NCBI RefSeq assembly: GCF_001194135.2
Contig: NC_068993.1
Span: 41,249,608 to 41,313,607, forward strand
Direction of reading: 5' to 3'
DNA from: Octopus bimaculoides
Lineage: Eukaryota
DNA: 64,000 bases
Shown here: positions 28,158 through 40,781 of the stretch, in pieces
How the letters are laid out: each line of letters opens with the position of its first letter
How positions within the stretch are numbered: position 1 is the first letter of the stretch
Notes under the pieces: generated by a model
Told to the model about the DNA's origin: nothing
Databases searched by the model: none
The model's input: only the letters and a program-made list of their open reading frames with translations
Translations under genes and position numbers: made by a program

Positions 28158-28306
28158 GAGTGAGAGAGCAGTGCATGCCATCAAAGTGACAACAGGGTAA
28201 AATATACGAAGCCCATTATACCCATCATGACTACCCGTCTGATAAGGGTACACCAGGCACATGCATCACAACCATATGTGTGTGACATGATGATTTCATA
28301 TCAAAG
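28158..28306 (-). mobile_element. Short non-coding repeat ending in (TAA)n; probable 3' UTR of another TAA-tailed retroelement
   Basis: GAGTGAGAGAGCAGTGCATGCC... abuts the long (TTA)n; complex non-microsatellite sequence; assignment is inference. Confidence 0.4.
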
Positions 28307-28612
28307 TAACCTTACAAATGGGGTTCAGTTACAATTTTCTTCGGTTGGGGAAGTCCATCCCGCACAAAAGATCCCTGAATAAGAATTGTTTAAGGATGTT
28401 GAACGAAAGACCCATATTTCCAAAGGTGAATTTTCCAAACCCCCAAGAATTCCTCTCAATATATGGGTATGATGCTCTCCCACTATTTCGGCTCGTGATT
28501 AGAGATGCACATATCGTCAGCTACTAAGGGACATGCTCAACAGTTTAAGGTCAAACAAGTGATAAGCAAATCTGTGGTATTAAACAGAATATTTACTGTA
28601 GCCCATCTTTTT

Positions 28613-28923
28613 TTATTATTATTATTGTTCAGTAGTTTTATTTTTATAACGTGCTTTCACTTCACTACCGAGCGCAGCTCTGTGTGCCTTGGGTATGTGC
28701 TGTGGTTTGCTGTGATGCTCTTATGGTTACTGTATTGAAAGTGTTTTGCGTAGGATGTGTGCAGTGCCCAGTAGTGCAATTTTCTGCATGTTATATATAT
28801 TTGTAAGTCCTGGTGTTTTCGTCTGAATATTTTTTTTATTATACCTAAGGCACCTACTATGATAGGAATTGTTCCTGCTTTTAGATTCCACATTCGAGTT
28901 ACTTCTATTTCCAGGTCTTTGTA
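28613..28923 (-). mobile_element. 5'-truncated R4/Dong-like (RLE endonuclease) LINE 3' end with (TAA)n tail
   Basis: Peptide YKDLEIEVTRMWNLKAGTIPIIVGALG...(frameshift)..LLGTAHILRK is the REL-endonuclease C-terminus; followed by 3' UTR and TAA repeats. Confidence 0.85.
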
Positions 28924-29419
28924 CAATAAAACAACTAAAACAAAATACAATTTAAAGTCATAAAGACCCGATAGATTACTGGTTTGGTTGAGTTAGGACA
29001 TTCCACAAACCTATTCTGTTCATTTAATGATCTCCCAAACTATGTTCGAGTGCAGCAAAATTTTCCAATGACCATTTTTTCTTTTCTTTTTTTTCTTTTC
29101 TTATTTTTCTTTCATTTTTTTTTTTTTTGTGAGACATTTGGCTTTGAAACACACTGACGTTCATTTTCATGACTGAAATTTGGATTATATTCTAAATAAA
29201 TGAATAATTGAAACAAACAAATAAATAAATATAAGCTTGAACAAATAGGTGAAAATTAAAATGAAAAAAGAAAAAAATTGACAAACAGCAAAAAAAAAAA
29301 AAAATTACAGCTAAACACAACTATAAAACAAAAAATAAAGCTATTCGCCATAGTTCAACCAAACGTCACTTGCGAGCGTGCACTGCTTTGTAAAATGAAC
29401 CGTGCTTTCTTTAATTATT

Positions 29420-29655
29420 AGAAATGGCTACTTAGACGCGAGCAAGCATAGCCACCTTCTCAGCTCCCTCTCCATTAACCCTACGGAGCATCCAGGAAAG
29501 AGAACTCCCCCAGCACTCAGTACTCTTTACAGGTGAGTAGACTGGAGCAACGTGAAATGATGTTCTTGATTGAAGCACACAAATCACCACTCCCGCTGCA
29601 CGAATTGAACCCATTGCCGTATGATTATTAACCGAAAATCCTAATCATAGGTCTT
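29420..29655 (-). mobile_element. SINE family C, degraded
   Basis: GACTGGAGCAACGTGAAATGATGTTCTTGATTGAAGCAC is the reverse of the family-C central domain. Confidence 0.7.
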
Positions 29656-30553
29656 CGCTATTACTTCCTAGCATTTCACTGACTATACAAAATGCTCACA
29701 AAAGCACCAAGTGGCTCATATCATTTCATAGTTCCGAAGATGTTCGCAGGTAGAGACTATGGTTCGTATTTGTTACATTAACAGAAGTTTAAATGGAGGC
29801 TGGAGAGTAAAATTACCGTGAAGAACCAAGAGGATGGAGAGGAGAAGGGTATAACTGCCGTGATGACACTGGCAGAGATATACAGAGACTTAGGTGTGAG
29901 GTTGGATATGATGACAGATGTATGAAGTGAAGAAGACAGCAGGAACTAGTTCAGTATAGGACAGACGTAGTGGTGAATTAAATATAAATAAATAGACAGT
30001 GTTCATATAAACGTACATAATGAATGATCGAGAGAGATAGATAGAGAGGAAGTGAGAGATATAGACACATAGATAGAGAGAAAGAGAAATAGAGGGAGAA
30101 AGTGAGAAAAGTACGAGAGGGGTATAAAAGCTGTCATTTGAGAATAAGAGATATAACGTCACGGAGTTTGGTAGATTAGATAGATAGATAAATAGATAGA
30201 TAGATAGATAGATAGATAGTGTTTGAACGGATAATTTGAAAAATAGAGATAGAGAAAGATTGATAGTTTGATAGAGAGAGAGGTGGGGGAAGAGATGAGA
30301 GAGAGAGAAAGAGTGAGAAAGAACTAGAAGTAAAGGAGAGAAAAGTGTGAAAGGAAAGACTTAGATGATTTATGATAGGAAGACCTAGATTTTATGACAC
30401 CGAAATTATATCTAGGTTTTTAGATATAATTTCTATATTTCTAAGAGATATTATATAGTTAATTTACCATGAGGTTTTTTGTTTCCAAAGCCATTGTGTA
30501 GTAGTGAAGAAACTGTTTAGTTCAAGCCACATTTAATGGATCTCTAAGACATG

Positions 30554-30898
30554 TGAAGGTGCATGACTCAGTGGTTCGAGCGTCGGGCTCACAATCATGA
30601 GATAGTGGGTTCGATTGCCGGACCGGGCTGTGTGTTGTGTTTTTGAGCAAAACACTTTATTTCACGTTGCCCCAGTTCACTCAGCTATAGAAATGCGTTG
30701 CGACATCACTGGTGCCATATTGTATCGGACTTCGCCTTTCCCTTGGATAACATCGATGGCGTACGGAGAGGGATTGACTGGTATGCTTGGGCAACTGCTG
30801 GTCTTCTATAAACAATCCTGCCTCGGACTTGTACCTAGGAGGGGGACGTTCATGGTGCAATCCAATGGTCATATATAACCGAGGGGGTTCTTTACCCT
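30554..30898 (+). mobile_element. Near full-length SINE family C
   Basis: GAAGGTGCATGACTCAGTGGTTCGAGCG...GGGTTCGATTGCCGGACCGGG tRNA-like head; TTGAGCAAAACACTTTATTTCACGTTGCCCCAGTTCACTCAGC central domain. Confidence 0.88.
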
Positions 30899-31348
30899 AA
30901 AACTAGTGGAAAGGAAAGGGGATGGGAGGGAAAAAGGCGTTCTCAAATCGCGGGACCTGACTCAAATGCTTGAAATCGTATGGATTCCGTTGAAGGGTCC
31001 AAGCTGCTACGTGGTGTTAGCAAACCGAATAGCCATGGAGGAATTTGCATTCACAATGCAAGGAGACGGAATAAATTGCCGCCAAGTATCAGATCCGATG
31101 TTCTTACAATTCTTTCAATCAACCACCTTGGATTGTCTTTATTTTTCTTTAAAATAAAACTTTAAAAATAAATACGAATGGATGAAAGACAAAATCGCGC
31201 CCTATGGGTGCATGAACTCAGATTACAAATACCGCGTGGAGTACTGTCCGACGCTCTAACAACTTGACCAATCTACTGTTTTATATGACACTATGAATGA
31301 ATGGCGTCAATTATTTCAGCCCCTGCCAGTGATAAAGTTTCTTAATAC

Positions 31349-31654
31349 CAGAGCTTTCCAAACTTTTCAAAATGGTGGTTCTGATTTTAAAAATAAAATT
31401 GTTCGTGACACATTAATTACATTTGTTACCAAATACAAAATTAACAAAATAAATTAAAAAAAAATTAAATATCATATCACGTGTCACAAGTCTAATTAAA
31501 CGCAGCGCCATTAGATCTCAAATATCCTTCAAATATCGCACAGCCGGCTTATTCATAAAAATTAAATTAAATTTGATTTGATTTCGCAGCACATCAAGAG
31601 ATTATCAATCAGAAGACCACTAAAGTTCCGCGGCACAAAGTTTAAAAACCTCTG
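31349..31654. mobile_element. hAT-type MITE (older copy)
   Basis: TIRs CAGAGCTTTCCAAACT / AGTTTAAAAACCTCTG; flanks CTTAATAC and CTGTATAC (6/8 match, eroded 8-bp TSD). Confidence 0.7.
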
Positions 31655-31664
31655 CTGTATACAT

Positions 31665-31860
31665 TCACTCGATCTGCTAGAAATAACAACTTAATTTCCC
31701 TCGAATACCATCCTGTTTCCTTAGAATGACGGAACGATACACTGAGTACTTTAGTTTTTCATATACTTTGCTTGAAACAAACATAGACTGATCTCAACTA
31801 GAACAATTTTCATCATATATGCAGAATCTAGGTTTCCGAGGGGTTAAATAACAACACCGT
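31665..31860 (-). repeat. Degraded interspersed repeat (label E)
   Basis: CTGCTAGAAATAACAACTTAATTTC is the reverse of the 6410-6430 motif. Confidence 0.5.
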
Positions 31861-32148
31861 CTACTATTTCAACAAAACAACACAGCAGCAGCAACATTTG
31901 CGAATGATAGAAAATATGAAACCAATTTCTTTTTGTGGAGATACGGATCCACCTACACAAATGATGTTTTTATTGTAAATGAAATTTCTGGTCATTAATA
32001 ACCAATGTTAGATGTATTATCTCTAGAAATAAATTATTATCTCTAGGAATAAATTATGAATAGATAAAACAGCGGATTTGGACAACTTGAAATGTATCGG
32101 AAGCCTTCTTTTGTATTCTAGTTGTCGGTCTATTGTGCGTTCGTGCGT

Positions 32149-32206
<58 letters not shown>

Positions 32207-32804
32207 NNNNNNNNNNNNNNNNNNNNNNNNNNNNNNNNNNNNNNNNNNNNNNNNNNNNNNNNNNNNNNNNNNNNNNNNNNNNNNNNNNNNNNNNNNNNNN
32301 NNNNNNNATATATATATATATAATTCAAATTCATAGAAAAGCAAAGACGAAGACAGGTGTAGGAACAACAAGCAAGTGTATTAGTTAGACGCTCGGGAGA
32401 AATACATACACGCACACACACACACGCACACACACGCGCGCACGCACACACACACACGTATATATATATGCACATATATATGCATACATACGCACATACA
32501 CAAATGCATGCAGATAGAGTGATACATAGATAGATAGATAGATACGTAAATACGGCTATGTAGTGAAGAAGCTCATTTTGCAATCATGAGGTTTCGTGTT
32601 CTGTTCCACTGCTCATCATCTTGGACAAATATATTTTACTGTTGTCACGGACCAATCAATATATGAGTATGCTTGTTTCTGTTGCCAACCGGTTTTGTTT
32701 TGTTTATGTTCCAGTTCGTTAGTAGTTCGGCAAATATATATATATATATATATACATACATACATACATACATACACACACACATATATATATATATATA
32801 TATG

Positions 32805-33898
32805 CATTGGGTTGGGAAGTAAAAGTCATTTTTTTTTGTCATACAAAGAATGAACTTTAATCAATTATATATTTTCCACATTTTGCAAACTTCGAAATAA
32901 ATGGTAATCTGATGGTGCAAGGTCAGGGCTATATGGTGGATGTGACATCACTTCCCAACCAAGCTCCAATAATTTTTCACGAGTTAGCAAAGACGTGTGT
33001 GGTCTAGCGTTGTCATGGTGAAAGACGATTGCTTTACGATTTGCCAATTCTCGCCGTTTTTCTTTGATTGCTTCCCCCAGTTTAATTAGTTGTTGACAGT
33101 AATCATCTGAATTGATCGTTTGGTTCCTTCGAAGCAGCTCAAAATACACAGCACCTTTGTAAACTCACCAAATTGACAGCATGAACTTTTTTATGCAATT
33201 CAGCTTTCGATGTGGATTTTGCTAGTTCATTACGCTTGGACCATGATAGATTTTGATTGATTTTATTGTAGATAATACATTTTCCATCACCAGTGATGAT
33301 TCGTTTCTAAAAAGGTTGATTTCATTGCGTTCGAGATGCATATCGCAAATATTGATTCATTGTGCTAAGTGAATCTCTTTCAATTTGCGTGGAACCTAAA
33401 TATCGTGTTTCTTAACGAGTCCAAGATATTTTAAGTCATTTTTAGTTGATGTGTGTGATATAGTTAACCTCTCTGCAATCTCTCGCACAGTTATATAACA
33501 ATCAAACTCAATTTTGACTTTGATTTGGTCATCAACAACTTCTGTAGGTCGACCAGAACGTTGGTCATCTTTGAGTGAAAAATCTTCTGAACGGAATTTT
33601 AAAAACCATTTCTGATATGTGCGTTCTGTTAAGTAATCAACACCATAAACTTCACACATGTTTTTGTGAGCCTCAAAAGCTTTCTTGCCTTTATGGAAAT
33701 AAAAAAGCAAAATATGGCGAGATGTTCGTTTTTGCACTCCATGTTAAACAAAATTACGCGCAATTTGCTTCTAAAGTAAGCTAACAGTAACAGCTATCAA
33801 ATGTCAAAAGGGAAAAAATCATAGCATTGAAAAAAGTCATTCAAGAAAATCGCAACTCTATTTGCGAAAAACGAAATTACCTTCTTGCCAACCCAGTG
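32805..33898 (-). mobile_element. Mariner element with both TIRs, mellifera (Famar1-like) subfamily
   Basis: TIRs CATTGGGTTGGGAAG... / ...CTTGCCAACCCAGTG followed by TA (33899-33900); encloses a broken transposase. Confidence 0.92.
32865..33737 (-). pseudogene. Mariner transposase pseudogene
   Basis: RHILLFYFHKGK...RSGRP HTH; VPRKLKE, ITGDGKCIIY; HHDNARPH, HPPYSPDLAPSDYHLFRSLQN; stops, frameshifts and missing last ~50 aa. Confidence 0.93.
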
Positions 33899-34991
33899 TA
33901 TTATATTTACAAACATACAAACACACATACGTTACTATATNNNNNNNNNNNNNNNNNNNNNNNNNNNNNNNNNNNNNNNNNNNNNNNNNNNNNNNNNNNN
34001 NNNNNNNNNNNNNNNNNNNNNNNNNNNNNNNNNNNNNNNNNNNNNNNNNNNNNNNNNNNNNNNNNNNNNNNNNNNNNNNNNNNNNNNNNNNNNNNNNNNN
34101 NNNNNNNNNNNNNNNNNNNNNNNNNNNNNNNNNNNNNNNNNNNNNNNNNNNNNNNNNNNNNNNNNNNNNNNNNNNNNNNNNNNNNNNNNNNNNNNNNNNN
34201 NNNNNNNNNNNNNNNNNNNNNNNNNNNNNNNNNNNNNNNNNNNNNNNNNNNNNNNNNNNNNNNNNNNNNNNNNNNNNNNNNNNNNNNNNNNNNNNNNNNN
34301 NNNNNNNNNNNNNNNNNNNNNNNNNNNNNNNNNNNNNNNNNNNNNNNNNNNNNNNNNNNNNNNNNNNNNNNNNNNNNNNNNNNNNNNNNNNNNNNNNNNN
34401 NNNNNNNNNNNNNNNNNNNNNNNNNNNNNNNNNNNNNNNNNNNNNNNNNNNNNNNNNNNNNNNNNNNNNNNNNNNNNNNNNNNNNNNNNNNNNNNNNNNN
34501 NNNNNNNNNNNNNNNNNNNNNNNNNNNNNNNNNNNNNNNNNNNNNNNNNNNNNNNNNNNNNNNNNNNNNNNNNNNNNNNNNNNNNNNNNNNNNNNNNNNN
34601 NNNNNNNNNNNNNNNNNNNNNNNNNNNNNNNNNNNNNNNNNNNNNNNNNNNNNNNNNNNNNNNNNNNNNNNNNNNNNNNNNNNNNNNNNNNNNNNNNNNN
34701 NNNNNNNNNNNNNNNNNNNNNNNNNNNNNNNNNNNNNNNNNNNNNNNNNNNNNNNNNNNNNNNNNNNNNNNNNNNNNNNNNNNNNNNNNNNNNNNNNNNN
34801 NNNNNNNNNNNNNNNNNNNNNNNNNNNNNNNNNNNNNNNNNNNNNNNNNNNNNNNNNNNNNNNNNNNNNNNNNNNCACGTGGTTATTTATATATATATAA
34901 ATAAAGGTTACAAACCTCATTGAGGGAGAGCAAAATCCTATGAAACTACTGGTTAGTTATCGTATTTTATATATATTTATTTATTAAAATG

Positions 34992-35892
34992 AAATAAGAA
35001 AAGAGAGAGATAATTAATAAATTGTTATTTATTAAGTAAAAAATTGACTAACATCCCTTACAGCTGTTTCAATTCAAAACCTTAAGAAAACTAATTACTA
35101 AAATTAAAAATTATTTTGAGTAAACGGCTGCAAACCGATAACTGATGAAATTTATACATAGATAACATAGTATAAAACATGGTATATACCTTAGAAAGGG
35201 GAGTAAGGTTGTGTATATTGGAGTTGTACAGTAAGAATAGATCAATATATTCATCTAGAGTGTTTAGTATAAGAAAAAACTCAAGTAGATATATTGTATA
35301 AATGTCATATATTATGATATCATGTCCATCCGTATTAAATCATTAGAAATTTAGTATGTAGAGTTTAATTCAAGTGTGTATAGTTATTATTAATATCTAA
35401 TTATGGTGGAAGACATTCCAGGCAATCTATTACTTATTATAAATATCGAAAGGGTTAAAAAACTAATTTCCTATTGATTTAATACGGATGGACATAATAT
35501 CATAATATATGACATTTATACAATATATCTACTTGAGTTTTTCTTATACTAAAGACACTAGATGAATATATTGATCTATTCTTACTGTATAACTCCAATA
35601 TACACAACCTTACACCCCTTTCTAAGGTCTATACCATATTTTATACTATGTTCTTTAGGTATAAATCCATCAGTTAACGGTTTGCAACTGTTTACTCAAC
35701 ATGCAGGAATCGAACACCTATTTTGTATATCTTAACCTAGGTTTGACGAGATTCGACTATCAAAATAATTTTTAATTTTAGTAATTAATTTTCTTAAGGT
35801 TTTGAATTGAAACAGCTGTAAGGGATGTTAACTAATTTTTTAATTAACAAATAATAATTTATTAATTATCTCTCTATTTTCTGATCTTATTT
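34992..35892. mobile_element. Foldback element / large MITE with ~365-bp inverted arms
   Basis: 34992-35355 is the reverse complement of 35462-35892, apart from a 64-bp insertion at 35700-35763; spacer about 106 bp; no ORF. Confidence 0.85.
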
Positions 35893-35911
35893 ATATATGT
35901 ATGTATGTGTT

Positions 35912-35914
<3 letters not shown>

Positions 35915-35980
<66 letters not shown>
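35915..35980. repeat. (TG)n microsatellite
   Basis: Direct reading. Confidence 0.95.
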
Positions 35981-35983
<3 letters not shown>

Positions 35984-36049
35984 CTAGTGGGACCATGGAA
36001 ATTCTACGGAATGGAAAAAATTAAGAGGACCTATTTAAGAAAAAAAGGA

Positions 36050-36250
36050 TGATTTGCATTTTCATAGAATTCCCCACCTGGACGGGACGCCGGTCCGTCA
36101 CTAGATAATTCATTTTTGCCAGCTGAGTGGACTGGCGCAACGCGAAATGAAGTGATTTGCTCAAGAACACAACGTATCGCCCAGTCTAGAAATCGAAACC
36201 GTAATCTTACGATCATGAGTGCAACGCCCCAACCACTAAACCACGCACAT
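36050..36250 (-). mobile_element. SINE family C
   Basis: GCTGAGTGGACTGGCGCAACGCGAAATGAAGTGATTTGCTCAAGAACACAAC...AATCGAAACC...GATCATGAGTGCAACG...AACCACTAAACCACGC. Confidence 0.8.
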
Positions 36251-36289
36251 CCACCAGAGGAGAATAGCGTTTTAGTGATGAGCTTTTTC

Positions 36290-37330
36290 TTAAAAGTGGC
36301 ATGAAAAAGACATGATAGTAACCGTGTGTGGTGGATGGTTGGTGTATGTGTATGTGGATAGAAGAGAGAAGATTCATAGTTTGCTGAAAAGTATTTATGA
36401 ATGTTGGGATGTGAAGGAGGAAGGCAGAATTGTTTGAGAAAGGCAACGTGATAGTTCATAGTATTTAAGTATAATATGTTCAGCCGGGAAAATAGAGACT
36501 GGAGATCCATTGGTTATATAAAACAAAGTGTAAGATGCTGATAGGTATGTCCAGAACAATGAAATAATGGGATATAGTTGGGAGTGATCCGGTATTGTTA
36601 CATCGGTCGTCTAATAGGCGTTATCTAAATCTATTTACTACTCACGGATTTGGCATTTTATGCAGTGAATAATGTTCTGGTGAACTGGTCGGCAACATTG
36701 AATGCGAAGGTCGAACCATACATGATGGTAATAAATTGGATGAAAGGACGCTGTTGTAGTTGGGGGCAAGCAAGGGATATAACTTGGTTGTAGTGAGAGG
36801 TTAAGGCGCTATTGAATAGAAGAGCACGTAGACTGCAGTTACGTCTGAACGAAGAAAAAGGGTATTCCGGCATTAGGTGGAACGTAGTGATGTCAGATCA
36901 GAGTAGACGCAAGTTCTGTACGATGGTACGCTTAAAGATGGAGTGCAATTTGGAGGAAAGAAAAGGCAGTTGATGGTGCTATGAATAATCGGATAGAAGA
37001 TGATGTATGGTCAAATGTACAGGTATACAACAATGGGAATTGTTAGCGGGTGGTAGCGGTATTCATTTTATATGAAGTTGTGGACCATGTAGTGCAACTG
37101 AGCAATAAAGTCTGAGCTTCGATTACAAAGTGGAAGAGGATGATTTACCAAAAGGTAAATGAGAAGATTTGAGATGAAGTTAAGGTAAGAGCAGGTATGG
37201 GCAGGTTTGTGAGAGAAAGAAATGTAGACAATCCAGGAAGTTTACAGAGATGGCATCTCACTGGAAATGGAGGTGGTACTCATAAACCTCTCGATGCAAC
37301 ACTATATATATCCGTGATGGGTCAGGCGAA
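36290..37330 (-). pseudogene. Decayed Penelope-like element (RT C-terminus plus GIY-YIG region)
   Basis: Minus-strand fragments NFLDC, HKPAHTCSYLNF, PFSSFRRNCSLRALL, DQFT..IIHCIKCQ resemble Penelope KPTDSHSYL / PL.SFKR..NLR / FTC.S.N.IYCI.C motifs; many stops. Confidence 0.65.
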
Positions 37331-37694
37331 TTGGGTGAAAATTTGGCTTGTGTTTGATTTAAATATCAATTACTACTCATTTCCCTTCGTAGACAGGAAA
37401 ATTAACACACCCATTCACACAGAAACACTCACACACAGATATGTGCATGTACACATATATATGTATGTGTGCGCGGCGCGCTTGTGTATTAATCTTTAGT
37501 TAATGCTATTATTTTTAAGTAATTTGAAAAATAATAACGAATCATTTATTGATGCAAATGACGTATCAATACAGAGAATAAAATCAAATTTATTATAAAT
37601 TTTGAATTGAATAAAATTTTCTGTTTCGCCAGACGGTTTATTTTCAACCAATGAAGAAAGTGAGTGTGAGGTATAACTTCAAAAATATTTCCCA

Positions 37695-37746
<52 letters not shown>

Positions 37747-37761
37747 GTCTGTCTGCTCATA

Positions 37762-37792
<31 letters not shown>

Positions 37793-37845
37793 GTATGCAT
37801 GTATGTCTGTCTGATGATTTCCTTGTCTCTCTCTTTTTATATATA

Positions 37846-38232
37846 TCTTTTACTTGTTACAATCATCTGACTGCGGCCATGTTGGGGCACCGCCATGTAG
37901 AATTTTAAGTCGAATGAATCGAACCCAGTACTGTTTTCTGAGCCTTCTACTTTTTCTATCGGTCTCTTTTGCTGAACTTCTAGGAATCGGGGACGTTATC
38001 ATACAAACATAGGTTGTCAAGGTATGGTGGAGACAAACACAGATACAATGGGATACAGATATATATATACATACCATAGGCTTCTTTCAGTTTCCGTCAA
38101 CCAATTCCACTCACGGCTTTGGTCGGCCCAATGCTACAGTAAAAGACATTTGCTCAAGATCCCATGTTATGGGACTGAACCCGGATCCATGTGCTTGGGA
38201 AGCAAGTTTCTTACCACACAGCCATGCCTGCG
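37846..38232 (-). mobile_element. Full-length SINE family A
   Basis: Tail, short internal AC/AT tract and head all present in reverse. Confidence 0.88.
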
Positions 38233-39346
38233 CATATGTATATATGTATCTATGTATATATATATATATATATATATATACATACATACATATACATATA
38301 TGTTTAATACAGGCACTGTTTTTCGGAGAGAGACAGTCAAACACTAAAATAAAGACGATCATTCGAAACCTTTCAGTATTTATTTTTTAATATGTTAAGA
38401 GAAAAGGTTGATAGTTACTTCGAAGTTACAGCTAAGTACCCTTTACTACGATGGCTACATAACCAAAACTTCGAAGTGTCAATCTTTTCTTTGCAAAAAT
38501 ACACACGCACACACGCATGAACGTACACACATATACACACATACATATGTACTTGCAATTGTTTTGTGTACGTGTTTAAGTGTGTACATAAATGTATGTA
38601 TGCCTGCATGTGTATCTGCATGTGTATTTATATGTGTTTGTGTATGTGTATGCATTTGTATGTGTGTGCAAATGTAGAGAAGATATGATATTTAAGCATT
38701 ATAAACACTTTAAAAGAAAACATCTGCAGTAGTAAGTGATTTATAGAAACTTCCTTCTACCTCTCCGCTCTCCCAAAATGGTGGCGCTAAAAAATATTAG
38801 ATACACACACTCACAAATATATGCATGTATGTATGAACGTCTGTATGTATGTATGCATATATGAACGTATGTATGTATATATATATATATATNNNNNNNN
38901 NNNNNNNNNNNNNNNNNNNNNNNNNNNNNNNNNNNNNNNNNNNNNNNNNNNNNNNNNNNNNNNNNNNNNNNNNNNNNNNNNNNNNNNNNNNNNNNNNNNN
39001 NNNNNNNNNNNNNNNNNNNNNNNNNNNNNNNNNNNNNNNNNNNNNNNNNNNNNNNNNNNNNNNNNNNNNNNNNNNNNNNNNNNNNNNNNNNNNNNNNNNN
39101 NNNNNNNNNNNNNNNNNNNNNNNNNNNNNNNNNNNNNNNNNNNNNNNNNNNNNNNNNNNNNNNNNNNNNNNNNNNNNNNNNNNNNNNNNNNNNNNNNNNN
39201 NNNNNNNNNNNNNNNNNNNNNNNNNNNNNNNNNNNNNGGAATAAAATAAAAGAAGAAATTTATAAAATAATAAAATATAGTAAAATATCGCTTAAGATCA
39301 AGATTATTTAGTAAAGCTTAGAGCACTCAAACAGGCGTATCTATTC

Positions 39347-39404
<58 letters not shown>

Positions 39405-40781
39405 CTCACACACATACATATATACATATATATACACACACATATATCTATCTTTATCTAAATACATATTTTAATATATTACTCCCCCACCCCAGTTCTA
39501 TGAATATATACTCACGCACAAATGTACGTATACTTGCATACGTTCATGTATACATACGCACATGTCTACCAAAAATCTTCATTATATACATATGTACACA
39601 AACGCACGCATACACACCCACATACACACCCACATGCACACCCACATGCACACGAGCCCATGTATGTGTATATAAATGTGCGTGCGTGCAAGTGTATACT
39701 CAGAACCATATATGAATAAATACACACACACATATACACGCACACACGTGTATGCACATGTATATGTATAGATATATATTTTTATATTCAAATATATATG
39801 TATATGTATATATATATAAATATATATACAAATATACACACACACACACATATATATATATACATAAGATNNNNNNNNNNNNNNNNNNNNNNNNNNNNNN
39901 NNNNNNNNNNNNNNNNNNNNNNNNNNNNNNNNNNNNNNNNNNNNNNNNNNNNNNNNNNNNNNNNNNNNNNNNNNNNNNNNNNNNNNNNNNNNNNNNNNNN
40001 NNNNNNNNNNNNNNNNNNNNNNNNNNNNNNNNNNNNNNNNNNNNNNNNNNNNNNNNNNNNNNNNNNNNNNNNNNNNNNNNNNNNNNNNNNNNNNNNNNNN
40101 NNNNNNNNNNNNNNNNNNNNNNNNNNNNNNNNNNNNNNNNNNNNNNNNNNNNNNNNNNNNNNNNNNNNNNNNNNNNNNNNNNNNNNNNNNNNNNNNNNNN
40201 NNNNNNNNNNNNNNNNNNNNNNNNNNNNNNNNNNNNNNNNNNNNNNNNNNNNNNNNNNNNNNNNNNNNNNNNNNNNNNNNNNNNNNNNNNNNNNNNNNNN
40301 NNNNNNNNNNNNNNNNNNNNNNNNNNNNNNNNNNNNNNNNNNNNNNNNNNNNNNNNNNNNNNNNNNNNNNNNNNNNNNNNNNNNNNNNNNNNNNNNNNNN
40401 NNNNNNNNNNNNNNNNNNNNNNNNNNNNNNNNNNNNNNNNNNNNNNNNNNNNNNNNNNNNNNNNNNNNNNNNNNNNNNNNNNNNNNNNNNNNNNNNNNNN
40501 NNNNNNNNNNNNNNNNNNNNNNNNNNNNNNNNNNNNNNNNNNNNNNNNNNNNNNNNNNNNNNNNNNNNNNNNNNNNNNNNNNNNNNNNNNNNNNNNNNNN
40601 NNNNNNNNNNNNNNNNNNNNNNNNNNNNNNNNNNNNNNNNNNNNNNNNNNNNNNNNNNNNNNNNNNNNNNNNNNNNNNNNNNNNNNNNNNNNNNNNNNNN
40701 NNNNNNNNNNNNNNNNNNNNNNNNNNNNNNNNNNNNNNNNNNNNNNNNNNNNNNNNNNNNNNNNNNNNNNNNNNNNNNNNN

